Assembly (NCBI GenBank): GCA_950097015.1
Contig: CATNEN010000001.1
Span: 23,188,001 to 23,252,000, forward strand
Origin: Macrostomum hystrix
Lineage: Eukaryota > Animalia > Platyhelminthes
Reading direction: 5' to 3'
DNA: 64,000 bases
The translations under genes were made by a program, and so were the position numbers. Within the stretch, counting starts at the first letter, position 1. Every line of letters starts with the position of its first letter. Shown one piece after another: positions 48,401 to 60,521 of this stretch. The notes under the pieces were generated by a model. That model was not told the origin of the DNA and made no database searches. It saw only the letters and a program-made list of their open reading frames with translations.

Positions 48401-49070
48401 CAGAGCAGCCGGCCGTAGAATGCGAATGCCAAGTTCACGAAGAGCGCGAGCCGAGATAGAGAGAGAGAGAAGCCGTAGCAGAAACAACGCAGTCGTGATG
48501 CATTCAGTAGAGTTTTGATCAGGGCGAGCACTTAATTGTTATATTTTTCATTGGGCGCCATGTAACGATTTCTTATGCAACAAATTGAGTCCTCGCAGTA
48601 AGAGCCCGTTCACACGGCAGTGAGCCAATTCAGGCCGAGAGTCAAAATATATTTAAGTTTAACAGAGCGATAAGGAAGGGGGTTGGTTAGAAGGGTAACA
48701 TGTGCGCGGACTGTCCAGAGGTAAAAGATGAAACGCAGGGGAAGGAAAGAGAGACGAGGTGAGAGCCAATCAGAGCCGAGTGAGAAGATAAGGCTAATAA
48801 GTAAATTGAACAGGAAGGGGGGAGAGGAGAGAGTACATTAAGAGGGCGTGCGAAATGAGAAACCAGGGAGAAGTTAATACAAATACCTCACGGACGGATC
48901 ATAAGTATTTTTGTCAGGGTAAAAGAATGAATTAAAAGAAAGACAAAAACATACATGAGTAAAAGTGAGGTTAAAAGGTATAGAGTGATGTGATGAAAAA
49001 ATTTCAAGAAAAAAAAGCAGAGTAGAAATAAAAAGCTGTAGGATAGAGGGTAACACATCGGTTTGACATT
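45430..49070 (-). mobile_element. 3'-truncated, decayed BEL/Pao LTR retrotransposon (outer LTR boundary uncertain)
   Basis: LTR end ...CGTTACA at 48561 followed by PBS TGGCGCCCAA (48560-48551, tRNA-Lys-like); long leader; gag-pol downstream. Confidence 0.9.
45435..48083 (-). pseudogene. BEL/Pao gag-pol (gag, triple zinc knuckle, protease, RT N-terminus)
   Basis: IKLPKRQIPVFEG, LKERFG, CFRCLRTGH...CRNCSGNHHSSIC, LLDTASNRTYV, HYLPH..V...TKLRIVYDGS, ADIEKAFLQV; several stops and frameshifts. Confidence 0.93.
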
Positions 49071-49755
49071 TCATTCTACGACCATCGGCAGGCGCAATCA
49101 GGCACGGACGGATCATATTCAGAGACCGTATCCCCCCGAAACGGCCACCCAAATAGTCGTGAGTAGTTAATATTTAATCGGGCTTCAGAGGCAGCCAGTG
49201 CAGCTACTGCTAGAAAGCCTCGTTCTGTGATTGACCTACTGATTCCTATTTTGATAGTTATAATAGTTATAACTATAAGATAGCCATAACAGCTATGACT
49301 ATAGTTTATAGTTATAATTTTTTAGTAAATTTATTTTGATAGAGTATTGGTATAACGAGGGGACAGGGGATCGCGCGAGACCCCAAGCCCCCGGAGGACC
49401 CAGGCCCCCGAGGCCCACAGTTGATCAGCGGAGGTCCCACAGCCGGCTCCCCCTAAATAAATAACACAATAACCCAAGCCAGCCACCTGTAACCCCAGGT
49501 AGGCCGGACAGCAGTAGGCCCTAAGAAAAAAGTAACAATACCTAGAATAAAGCACTTTCAATAGCTAGAAACAAAAGCCCGCAAAGTGAGTTCAAAAACT
49601 GCCGACCTCATCGACAGTACATGACTAGTTTAATGCCATTGTTAGCAAATAATTTAACCAGCCTGTAGGATTAGCTCCGCTGTCACACGCGGGTGACTCT
49701 TGGCCCGGTGCCCCAGAGGGTCTGAGGTGGTCGAGCACAGTCCCCCCCGACATTT

Positions 49756-52590
49756 TTAGTTGGCAAATTGCCTAGTGTTCTGGGCAGCTCGCCTGTTGTG
49801 TTCTCTCTGCTTTAGAGAAGCCCAGAGAACATTGAGGACAGGCATTCTAGATCTGTCGGCAGGTCTGTGCGGAGGATTGGGAGGTACGATATGGAAGCTA
49901 TGGATTCTATTGCATGTCGCTTTGCAGAGCCAGCTAGTTGCCAGTGCTCGGAGCCTGTCAGCTACCATCGGCATGGCTGCCAGCTGATGTAAGTAGCTGA
50001 CCTTGGTATAGCTAGGAGCTCCATAGCAAATGCGAAGTGCATAATTTTGAATCATTTGGAGTTTGTTTAGACTATAGACAGAAAGGACATTTAGGACAGG
50101 GGAACCATACGTGAGAATGCTCTCGATGTAGGCCCTGTAGAGCATCTTGAGCGTGACGCTGCTGAGCTGAGTCATCCTAGCTAGTCTGCTAATAGACGCC
50201 AGTTGAGCTCTGCAGGTTCGCTCGATGATAAGAACATGGTGATTAAGTTGGAGACTGGGATCAAGGTTGATTCCAAGAAATTTGACATTGGTAACATAGG
50301 GGATGATCTCTCCACTCAGAGTGAAGTTGTGCCATTGTACCCTAGCTTAGGTTGCTAATCTGGAGTTGAAAGCCATGGCTTGAGATTTGCTCGAGTTGAG
50401 TTTGATGCCTTGAAGCGCACACCAGTCTGCAACAGCCTGCCGGTAAGGCTGTAGGATTTTGGCAATTCCTGGGACAGAGGTTGCTCTGGCCCAGATGGCC
50501 ATATCATCGGCAAACTGGCTGCGCTTCACATTTGGATTTAGTGGAGGAGGCATGCCGCTGACATACAAGTTGTACAGGAAGGGGCTTAGTATCCCCCCTG
50601 AGGGACGCCAGCGCGCGGATTGATGGAGTTGCTGAATGCCTCTCCGACTCGCACTTTGAAAGTCCTGTCGCGAAGATAATCGGACAGAAGACGAGTAATT
50701 TTTCTAGGCAGATTGGCTTCCTTCATTCGAACACGAAGTATATCGTGATCAGTGGAGTCAAACGCAAAGGCTGCGTCTAGGAAGATGGCGATGACTTTGT
50801 GGCCAAGACATTTGCTCTCCATGACATCCTGCGCAAGCCTGCACAGGTTGTCGTATGAGCTGTGGCCCTTCCTGTAGGCACACTGGTCCATACCTAGCGT
50901 GTTTGAGGGCTCCAAGTGTGAGACGAGTCTTCTTGCGATGAGTTTCTCAAAGAGTTTGCCGAAACAAGATGTGAGGCTAATTGGTCTCTACGAGTTTGGA
51001 TCATCCGGCGCCTTGTCAGGCTTCGGAATCATAATAGTAGTTGCCTTCTTCCAGGCAGAGGGGAAGATCCCCATATCGAAGCAGGCGTTGAACAAGTTGA
51101 GTATCCTGTTGATGGACATGGGTTTGAGGCCAAAGCGTAGAACCCTGTTTGGAATATCATCGGGACCCGGCGCCTTGTCGAGCTTGAGGTGTTCAAGCTC
51201 CCAGACAAGGTCGGGAACCGTGAAAGGAACTTCCAACGGATCAGGTGCATTCAGGGTCTGAGAGAGTGAGTCACGCCCTGTAGGATAAAAGAGCGGATCC
51301 ATGCAGTCATCTCTGACCCTTCTTGCAAAGTCCCTGTTGGTGATTGGAAGAGGTTTCATTTTAGCTCCCAGGGATTCGGCAAACATCTGGGCCTTGTCGT
51401 TCTCGGTGTAGGCCACGCGCTGATCCCGGGAGAGAGTAGGAATAGGTCTTGGCTTTGTCTTTCCCATAAGGGTCCGAACATCGTGCCAAAAGTTTTTGAC
51501 CTTCCTGTCTCTGGCATTGTCAAAACCACGCTCTGACAGAGCTTGGTTTTTTGTTTCGTTGCAAGATTCTTGATATCCTTTTTATTTCTGCTGCTAGCTT
51601 GTTTGCCTCGAGTCGGCAACTGTCGTCGTGAGTTCGGCAATACATGCGCCGCAGTTTCCTGCGTAGCTTGGTCTTGACAAGAATGTATTGCGGAAGAGGC
51701 CTTGCCAAATTACGCTCAGGTATAGTTTGAACGATTGCCGAGGTGATCACCGGGACCTCCTTGTCGACATCGACTTGACAGATGAGCATAGGAGCATTAA
51801 GTGTGAAGAGTGATTGGTTAAGATGAATTTGGAATTGTTCCCAGTTGACCTTGTTGAAATTTCTCTGCTTTCAAGGGCCATCCCACGCGGGGGCCCTGGA
51901 TTCGAGAGTGAGGCATATTGGTAGGTGGTCACTTCCCACATCGTAGCCAACTTGGAAGTCGGTCACACTCGCCGCAAGATTGCGCGAGGCCAGTCCTAAG
52001 TCGAGGACGTTCATTGAGACCACCCCACTTTTGCTGGCTACACGGGTGTACTCACCAACCTCATTGAGAACAATGGGCGCGTTGTGGTCTTCAATCAGCC
52101 AGTTGTAGAGCTGTTCACCTGCTCTATTGTTACGACTGGTGTTACCAAACACATCGTGTCTGGCATTGAGATCGCCCAGAATGAGACTTCGATTGGATGA
52201 GAAAAGAGATTTGAGAGTATCCATGTTGAGCACCTCTGGAGTGGGTGACTTGTAGACCAAGGAGAGATTAAATGGCGCAAGCGAGACGTGCGTCGGCTGC
52301 ACATGGCAGGAGAGGACCTCCAAGTTGGTATTGTCCACAAACATGCAGACATTGGAGAGCGTCACTCTCGAGTTGTGCACCAATAGTAGCCCTCTCTTGG
52401 CAAGAGGCGCATCGAACCGGAAGCAAGAATAACCTGTAAGAGAAAGTTGGTGAGTATCCTTGAGGAGCGTTTCTGAGAAGAGGGCAATATCCAGCTCCTC
52501 CTCAATCAGCCACAGCTGCAACTCGAGGAATTTGGGTAGGAAGCCCCGACAATTTAATTGGGCGACTTTCAGCCCTGCCGGGCGACCAAT
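49756..52590 (-). pseudogene. LINE ORF2, AP endonuclease plus RT, fragmented
   Basis: QLNCRG, LFSET, LGDLNARH, SDHLPI, KAPGPDDI, RPISL, GVPQG, QFADD. Confidence 0.93.
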
Positions 52591-52676
52591 GGGAATCGAG
52601 GAAAAGGAGCTATTGGAGGAGGGGGTAGTAGAGCTACCGAATTTTTACTATAAATACAGAGACATATTTTGACTAT

Positions 52677-55600
52677 TCAGGTGGCCTTAGTCCCGCCCAT
52701 CAGCAGGACTAGGAACTGAGTGCCGAGGTCCATCAGTCCCAGTCCAGGCCCATCCGGCTCCAGCCCGGAGGCCAGCCGCGTGATACTGAGGACCGCCTTA
52801 ACAGTGGCCGCCATATCAAGCGACTGGTTACCCCGGACGACAGCCGTCTGAGCGTAGACCAGGGTGAGTACCAGGGCCCGCGCCAGGAGGGGCAGGAACT
52901 CTTTAACATTTAAGTTGGCAATGTGCTCGGAAATTTTGGAAATATCCGAGCTCATCAAATTCATTAAATTGGCGCCTTCCGCGTTCGCAGGTGCCGCAGG
53001 GGCGGCGGCGGCGGCGACGGGGGCGGATTAGTAGCAGTTGGTCGCGTCTGCTGCTGCTGCTCAGGTGGCGGCCTCTGTGGTCGACCGTTGAGCCCTACAG
53101 TCAGCCAGGTCTGGTCATTGTCAACCTCCATGCCTGCCGACGAAGACGCTGACGGTACAGGAGCAGGGGGCCTTGCCTCGCTAGTGATGGTCTGCTGCGG
53201 TTGCCTAGGTTGCAGCTGCTGCTGCTGCTGCTGCGGCTGCTTCTGCTGCGGCTGCGGCTTCTGCTGCTGCGGCTGCTGCTGCTGTTGTTGTTGTTGTTGT
53301 TGTTGTTGTTGGGGCAAGAGGCGCCGAGTGAGCTACCAGCTCCGTCTCGCCAGCGCCACCGACCTAGCGGGGTCGGACGTCAGCACACTAAGATTGAGGT
53401 CATCACTGTCGAAAGTAGCCAGTCTCTCCCTGCGGAGGGCCGGGCATTGAAGCCAGTGTTCCACGTCTTCCGGGGCCATACCGCAACGGAGGCATTTGGG
53501 GTCGGCGTGCGGGTTGATAACGCTGCTATAGGCCCGCAGAAGGCTACAGTGGCCCGAACGCAGCCTGGCCAGGAGCACCGCGTCCTGACGGGTGCGAATC
53601 TCAGCCCTGTCCCGCTGGCGGTCCAGGGCGCCGTAGACGGCAGCTGTCCGGGCATGTCTGATGGGCGGGTCTGCAATGTGACGTCGGGCGGCAGCCAGCG
53701 CACTCCACATCGAAATTGGCGCGCTGGTGTTGTCGGCAGGAGCAGCAGCCGCCTGCTTGGCCGCCTCATCGGCTAGCTCGTTACCAGCCAGCCCGCAGTG
53801 CCCCGGAACCCACTGGAGCAGCTGCTGCTGCGACTGGGCGGGCCTGGCTGCACGGATGGCGGCATGTTGGGCGTCGCTGGTAACCTTGAGCGCCCTGACG
53901 GCTGCCGCGATGGCTGGGCAAGAAAATGATTCGCCTTGTGCGGTCCCCCGCAGTTGGCGCACACTGGCACAGTGTTGGGCGGGCAGTCAGCCAGATGGTG
54001 TCCACCACCACATTTGCGACATACAATTGGACCGGTGCAATCGATGGTGCGGTGGCCAATGCCCTGGCATTTAAAACACTGCGTAATCCTGGGCGGAGCA
54101 GAGGATTTGCTGGCCTCGCAGGAAAACGTAATGAACGGAGTGTTGATGCCCTCTTCAATGCACTTTTGGGCGACTTTGGAATCCTTTACAAAGACTCTCA
54201 GCAACCTGGTGGGTTGGTTGTCGGTGAGCCGGGTTATACGTTGGACGCCGGTTACACCAGTAATATCGTTGGCTTCTAACATCGATTTGAAGTCTTTGGT
54301 TTGGATATTTAAATCGACATCGCGAACCACGCACGTTGACGGAGTCGTCTTAGGCCCAGCCATTTGGTCAGCACCGTGCCGGGCATCCAGGGGGCGCAAA
54401 CGCGGTAGCCACCGCACTACGGGTTGCACCTCGAACAACGGGACCTTCAGCAGGTCGTGAAAAAAGTGCTGATGGTCTTGTTCGGATGCCGGGATCACAA
54501 GGTAGGCAGCTTGGTTGTGAACACATCGCAAAGTTTGCTCCCAACCACTGGCAGAATTGCAGTTGGTTGCCAGCTGCGTGCTCGGCCACCTCGAAGACAA
54601 CCGGGCAGATACCCGAGAGGTGTTCAGGCCGTCTGCCTCGCGAGCTGGCCATACCAGAAACCACGTTGGAGTAGGTTGGAGCACGGTGCGTCCCGCCGCC
54701 TCGGCCAGAAGCTCCCCCTCTGCCGGGGACCGAGGCTGCCCCAGAGCTGGACGCGGCATTCGGCCGCGCGGGTGCTGCCGACGTCGTCGTCGCCGTCGTC
54801 GCGACCCCCCCGCCGCCGCCGACACCGCCGCCGCAGTCCTCTCCAGGGCCGGTGCAGCTGTCGCCGGTCGCTCAGCCGCCGTCGCTGCTGCCGCCACTGC
54901 TGCCGCTGCTGCGGTCTTTGGCACCGTGGTGGGCATGCGCTGTCTCAGCGATGGGTCCGTGACCCTAGAGGTTAGTTATATTCGATAGCCAGCCTGCTCC
55001 AGGGGCGTGGCTGGACCGCTGTGCTGTGTCTTCTGCTGACTAGTCCCACTCATGAGAATGACGGATCCAGGAACCGTTGGGTAGTCACAGAGGATTCGGT
55101 GGTCGCGATTGGCCCTCACCAAGAAGCGCCTCGTCGCCCCAAATGACACTGTGGCGATCGTTGGCTGGGGCCCCAGCTCCGGCTCGTTATCGGCGTGTAA
55201 GGAATATTAATGTCGGGCCGTGCATAAAAATTTATGAGGCACGAATTGAAGTTTGGTAGTTCTAGGTGCTCAGTTAGATACTCTTTGATAAGTTGAATTG
55301 TTGGGTGCCAATTATTATTTTCTTTGAGCATTACACCTGAGTAGCTGTATTCTGGCCCGAACCAGAAGACACGTCGCCTCTCAGCTGGCTTATGATGGAA
55401 GGAGAGCGGCAGGATATCACTTAAGATGCTGTGATACGCCTGGCTGGAGACGTCGCGCAGTAAGTGCAGGTAATAATTAAAGTGGGCATCCCCATAGAGG
55501 GAATACGTCCTATGGCCATTTAGAAGTACTTCTCCTGGCGACCTGAAAGGTTCAACATTCAGATCGGTGCTGTCTATGGTCCGATTTTCATTTTCAGTAG

Positions 55601-56216
55601 GTTTGCCTGTTTTCTTTGCAGGTGGTGCAGCAGCAGCCGTGGCGACCGCAGCAGTCTCCGCAGCGCCCAGTTTATGCGGCGTGGGTGTTTTGCGTCCTGC
55701 CGACCCGTTGCCGAGGACGCCGACGTAGCCATTGCTGGAGTGGCCCAGGGGGCTACACTGGAGACGCGTCCGTCGGGCGCCTTGAATGAGCCGGCTGGCT
55801 CTTCATCCGACGACAACGACACGTACTCGCCGGCCTCATCCCCCTCGTCGTTGGGATCTTCGCAGACCCCTTAGGTGGTATCGTCCGAGCCTGTTTCGGT
55901 CGGCTTACTAGATGTTGACCCCTGCCCACAGTCCCAACCTCGGGGTCCGAGGACCACTACTCTGTCTGCGGTTTGGAATTTTGCTACTGATTGGTTGCTT
56001 TGGATTCGGATCGTACGATTGCCGTGACCTCTTCTTTTTAGTACGAGGAGTCGCAGGAAAGTGGTTCGCCTTCACGGATGATGGGCGACTTTTGGAAGCA
56101 GTCGACGACTCTAAAGGAGTTTCGCTAGCACCAGCGACTGCAGCTGGCGCCTGGGCTCCTTGGTCGGACTTAGAGGCGTCCGGAGGTTCCGCATCGTGCC
56201 TGGGATCTACTTCCAT
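52677..56216 (-). pseudogene. LINE ORF1 (gag-like), fragmented, with polyQ tract
   Basis: QCFKCQGIGHRTIDC, CRKCGGGHHLADC, CANCGGPHKANH; low-complexity N-terminus from MEVDP (56216). Confidence 0.8.
53283..53825 (-). mobile_element. 5'-truncated RNase H-bearing LINE 3' fragment with (CAA)n tail, nested in ORF1
   Basis: LQWVPGHCGLAGNELAD (RNase H C-terminus), LARLRSGH, CLRCG...EDVEHWLQCP, stop at 53333, (CAA)~9 tail. Confidence 0.9.
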
Positions 56217-57424
56217 TTGCCAAGGTAAGTAGTGTCAAGAGCTCGTTTAATCGAGAAATTTGGAGCAAGTAGATGCAAAGTAATATAGCAAGTGTGAGCA
56301 ATAAACCGCTTAAAATTCCAGACTCCACTAAAACTGGTGAAGATAGTACAGGCTAAATTAATATACTACTGACTAATATGCAAAGTGACTACTTAAACGA
56401 GCCTATGGAGCAGAGAGTGGAGCGAGGAAATGAAGAATATATATATTTAAATATAAAACAATTTAAAACTGTTTAATTTTTGGTTTTTCAAATGTTGTGT
56501 TTTTGTATTGATTTTTCGATGTAGTTGCTACTGTCAGTAGCTTAAAACGTATGCGCAAATTTGAGAATTATAAAAACGAAAACGCAAGTAAGCAAGTAAA
56601 ATGAGTAGTAGTAGTTTATTTATGCAAGATTAGTAAGTAGTAAGTAATAGGATTAAGTAGATAAGCTCAGTTACTCTGTAGTACCGAACTTTTGTAGTAT
56701 TACTTTTGTTAGATTACAGGTAATAAGATTGTCCTAATCCTCTGAGATTCCTAGAAATTTAAATAAGTATTAAGTACTATTTAACGAGTGCTGATGCTAG
56801 TTAGCGAATTTTTAGAGGCTAAAGCAATCTGGTAAGTGGCTTTAACTTTGATTCGAAGTTGCAATTTTAGCTAGATTTGGACTTAAAAATTTTAATCTAG
56901 AATTTTAAATGGGGAAAATGTAGACCGAAAGAGACCGTCTTTGTTGTTAAACGATAGGGTCAAAGGTTTTGACCTGCGGGTCAGCCCTTGGAGGGGCTCT
57001 TCCGCTGTATGATTTATATTTGCAAAAAATATTTTACGATGATTAAAACGGATTACGATATTTTAAGTAGTGTATTTTAGGTGCGCATGAATGGGAGATG
57101 AAAGAGGGTCCTCACAAAGATTAGGACTCAGATACAAAAAGGGGAAATTTAAAACAGGGAGGAGTATTCATGTACATAGTTGTTGTGTTTTCACACTTTA
57201 ATTCCACTTAGTATTGTTTCACATTATTGGGAGTTTTAAAAATAAAGAAGATAAAAAATTATTTTATAATTTTTTGTGCCGCATTATTTGATGAGCATTT
57301 GGAGGTACGACAAGACAACAACAACAACAAAAAGATAGTCATTAATTCTTGCCGATTTCGAATTTTTTTATTTGTTTACCTTAGAGAAGGCAGTAATTTT
57401 TCAAAAAAGGGAAATAAAAGATTG

Positions 57425-57496
57425 TTTTCCTCCCGGGGTTCGAACCCTGGTCTAGCGAATGCCTGACCTGGGTTCTAGCCACAAGGCTATTTGACT
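57425..57496 (-). pseudogene. tRNA-derived remnant or SINE head
   Basis: A box TAGCCTTGTGG and B box GGTTCGAACCC at tRNA spacing, with a T-arm; the acceptor stem does not pair. Confidence 0.6.
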
Positions 57497-57983
57497 ATTG
57501 ATTGTGACTGCGACTGGCCTTGTATTTGGGTTCTACTGGGGAACTCTACGAACAGTAGCAGTTTCCTTCGCGGTGGTGAACTTTTTGTGAGTATAAATAG
57601 AAAGGTCAAGTGGACTGTTATAACTGATTCAATTCAGATAACCAATGAGACAAAGTTAAGCCGATTTATTGGCCCAGTATTTGTGGTTCACTAGTAACCC
57701 GTGATAGTCTCTAATGGGCAACTGCGGGGAACGTCCCACGTCTCGGTTTGATGATGACAGTCAAAGTCACTACTAGTATTCTAGAGTCAGATTGTCTAGA
57801 ACCGAGACAAGTTATTCTTTGATTCAAGATCGGCATGAATTTTTTATTTCTAAAGTGATGAACATGCATGAATTTTTCAAAGGTGATCTGCATGAACTTT
57901 TCAAAAATAGTAGACATGCATGAATTTTTTCAAAGATGATAAACATACATCTAATCACGCAAGGCAGCCTTATACATACAGTA

Positions 57984-59530
57984 TTACACAGCATCGCCCC
58001 TGGCTTTGTTGGCTTCAATTTTAGTTCTTTTGGCAGGTTGACTCAATGATTGATTTGTTTGCTCTTGTGCAGCTTGTGCAGCCTGTGCTGCAGCAGCCGC
58101 ATCTATAATCCTATTTACTTCTCGTTTTGTTCCTGCTTCCCAGAGGAGATTCAAGACCGGCATGGGATTTCTCCCTGCCGCTCTTGGTGCCTCTGGGGGG
58201 ATATTAAAGCCATGCAGCCTAGCTGCTCTGACTCTGTGTAGCCATCCTATCCCTAGTGCTCTTAGTCTGTCAGCTATTTTTGGCATTCGGGCTAGTTCAT
58301 GAAGGTAGTCAATTTTTATGTACTTTAGGGCATCAAAGCAAAATCTGAGTCCCATGTTTTGGATTTTTTGGAGTTTGTTTAGGTCATGGGCACAAATTGT
58401 GTTAAGTAGAGGGGCACCATAGGTGAGGGCGCTTTCTACATAGGCCCTGTATAGCATTTTTAGGGTTGCGCTACTTAGTTTAGTTAGTTTGGCGATCTTA
58501 AGGATCGAGAAGACCATGGCTCTGCAGGTTTGAACCATAGAGTCTACATGGTTGGTTAGTTTAAAGTGAGTGTCAATTTTTATGCCTAGGAATTTGACAA
58601 CTGCACTGTATGGGATTTTGGTGCCTCCTAAGAGGATATCAGGTCTAAGGTATAGCCTCATTGGTATATTATAGTTAAAGGCAATGCCTTGGCTTTTTGT
58701 TGCGTTGATTTTTATTCCTTGCTCTCCACACCATTCCCAGACTCTTTTCAGGTAGGGTTGGAGGAGACCTTTGAGTCCTTTGAAGGTTGCAGCAGAGACC
58801 CAGATGGCCATGTCGTCCGCAAATTGGCTTCGTTTCACATCTGGATGTGTTGGTGTCGGCATGGAGCTGACATAGAGGAGGTATAAGAAGGGGCTGATTA
58901 TCCCACCTTGAGGCACTCCGACTTTGATCTCGAAGGAGTCGCTGAGTGTCTGGTTGATTGTGACTTGCATGCTCCGATCCTGAAGGTAGTTTGAGAAGAT
59001 CCTAATAAGTCTTCCAGGCAGACGGATTTGATGCATCGAATGCCTAAGTTTGTTGTGCCATGTTGTATCAAAAGCCGCTTCCACGTCGAGCAATATGGCG
59101 ATTAGTCTTTTGTATTGCATTTGGCCATCATGATGTCTTGAGCCAGTCGAACAAGATTGTCATAGGTTGAGTGTTGCTTCTGGTAGGCGCACTGATCCTC
59201 ACCCAGGACCCCTTTAGCAGATAGATATTTAACCAGTCTTTTTGCTACCATTTTTTCAAAAACCTTTCCCACACTGGAGGTTAGGCTAATTGGTCTATAG
59301 GAATTTGGGTTTTCAGGCGGTTTATCCGGCTTCGGAATCATGGTGATTGCAGCTGAATTCCATTTGATGGGATAAATTCCCCTTCTAAAACAGGCGTTGA
59401 ACAGGTTTGTCAGTCTTGCGATGGAAATGGCTTCAAGGCCATTTTTTAGTACACAGTTTGGGATCTTGTCCATTCCTGGGGCGCTATTCATTTTCAGATG
59501 ATGCAGCTCCCAGATTGTTTCGTCTACGGT
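57984..59530 (-). pseudogene. LINE RT and C-terminus, related to 49756-52590; frameshift at ~59115; cut at 59530
   Basis: [20 protein letters not shown]; shared C-terminal MPVLN.LW motif. Confidence 0.92.
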
Positions 59531-59549
59531 CTGCCGCAGCATAGACGCT

Positions 59550-60509
59550 ATGCTGTGGCAACTACAACTGAAAGGCGAGCCCCTGGCGGTCGGTGCGAGT
59601 GCTACCAGGGACTCGTTTTTTGTTGTCTGGCCCGGAGATGCGGAGTCAGGGCGGCGGCTCCTGGAGCTGCTGCCCACGCAGATCTGGGCGGCCGACCTCG
59701 TTTTCCTCCGGGAGAACGAGCCGCCGCAGACAAAAAGACATCGCATTTTCGTCCCGGCGAAAAGCGTCGTTACTAGCGCTGAGGACCTCCGCATGGGCCT
59801 CATCGCGATGAACCGGGAGCTTCCGACAGCGGGCCTAATCGTGCACCGCACGATCCTGCGCCCCGACGGCACCGGCTTCACCGCCATTCTGGGCCTGTCC
59901 GAGCAATGGACACGCCGTTACCCAGATGGCGCAAACGTCTGCATCGGTCTGTGGAAGACCAAAATCTTCGCCTACGATGCCGACAAAACCCGGGGTCAGA
60001 CCGGGCCCACCACCGTGTCGGCCAATGAAGGGTCCTCGGACCCCAAGGCTGGGACTGGGGGCAGGGCCCAGTCGCCTCGCCAAAAAAGGCCAGAGCGTGC
60101 CATCGCTGGCAGCTCTGAGCGTCGCCCCGCGTGCATCACAAAGCGCAAGGGCCTTCTCCAGCGGGCCTCCGAGGTGGTGCGAACCGCCAAGATGGCCCAG
60201 CTGCGCGCTGAGATGCGCGGTGGCCCACCGGGGCAGGCGCCGAAACCAAGGGCTACGGGGGAGGCCTCTAAGGTGCCCAGCTCCATCGAGCAGGGCCCTT
60301 CGAGCGCCCCTCCCACGGCCCAGGGAGCGGTGTCGGCTCCGGTTGAGGGCGACTCTGGGCCTGGGCTCGGGGCCGGGGGTGGGGACTGGGCGGCTGACCC
60401 CGTCGAGTTCCCGCCTCTGGCTCGGGGCCTGGGCACGGAGGAGCCCATGGCTACCGACATCGACCTGGAGGAGGAGGACCGCCTTCTGGCTGAGTCCCCC
60501 TCCAAGTAG
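59550..60509 (+). CDS. LOA-type ORF1, C-terminal part (DUF4780-like)
   Basis: HRIFVP...LRMGLIAMNRELPT...TAILGL pattern, followed by a low-complexity tail. Confidence 0.7.
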   Translation: MLWQLQLKGEPLAVGASATRDSFFVVWPGDAESGRRLLELLPTQIWAADLVFLRENEPPQTKRHRIFVPAKSVVTSAEDLRMGLIAMNRELPTAGLIVHRTILRPDGTGFTAILGLSEQWTRRYPDGANVCIGLWKTKIFAYDADKTRGQTGPTTVSANEGSSDPKAGTGGRAQSPRQKRPERAIAGSSERRPACITKRKGLLQRASEVVRTAKMAQLRAEMRGGPPGQAPKPRATGEASKVPSSIEQGPSSAPPTAQGAVSAPVEGDSGPGLGAGGGDWAADPVEFPPLARGLGTEEPMATDIDLEEEDRLLAESPSK

Positions 60510-60521
60510 ACCTCTGCCTGC

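Larger units (their letters stand above)
49325..56400 (-). mobile_element. Near full-length decayed LINE (Jockey/I-group-like)
   Basis: Long ORF1 with three CCHC knuckles, APE-RT ORF2, and a 3' UTR ending at AATAAA (~49330). Confidence 0.9.

Noticed and set aside
57425-57496. Functional tRNA gene
   Set aside because: Acceptor and anticodon stems do not form; kept only as a remnant.
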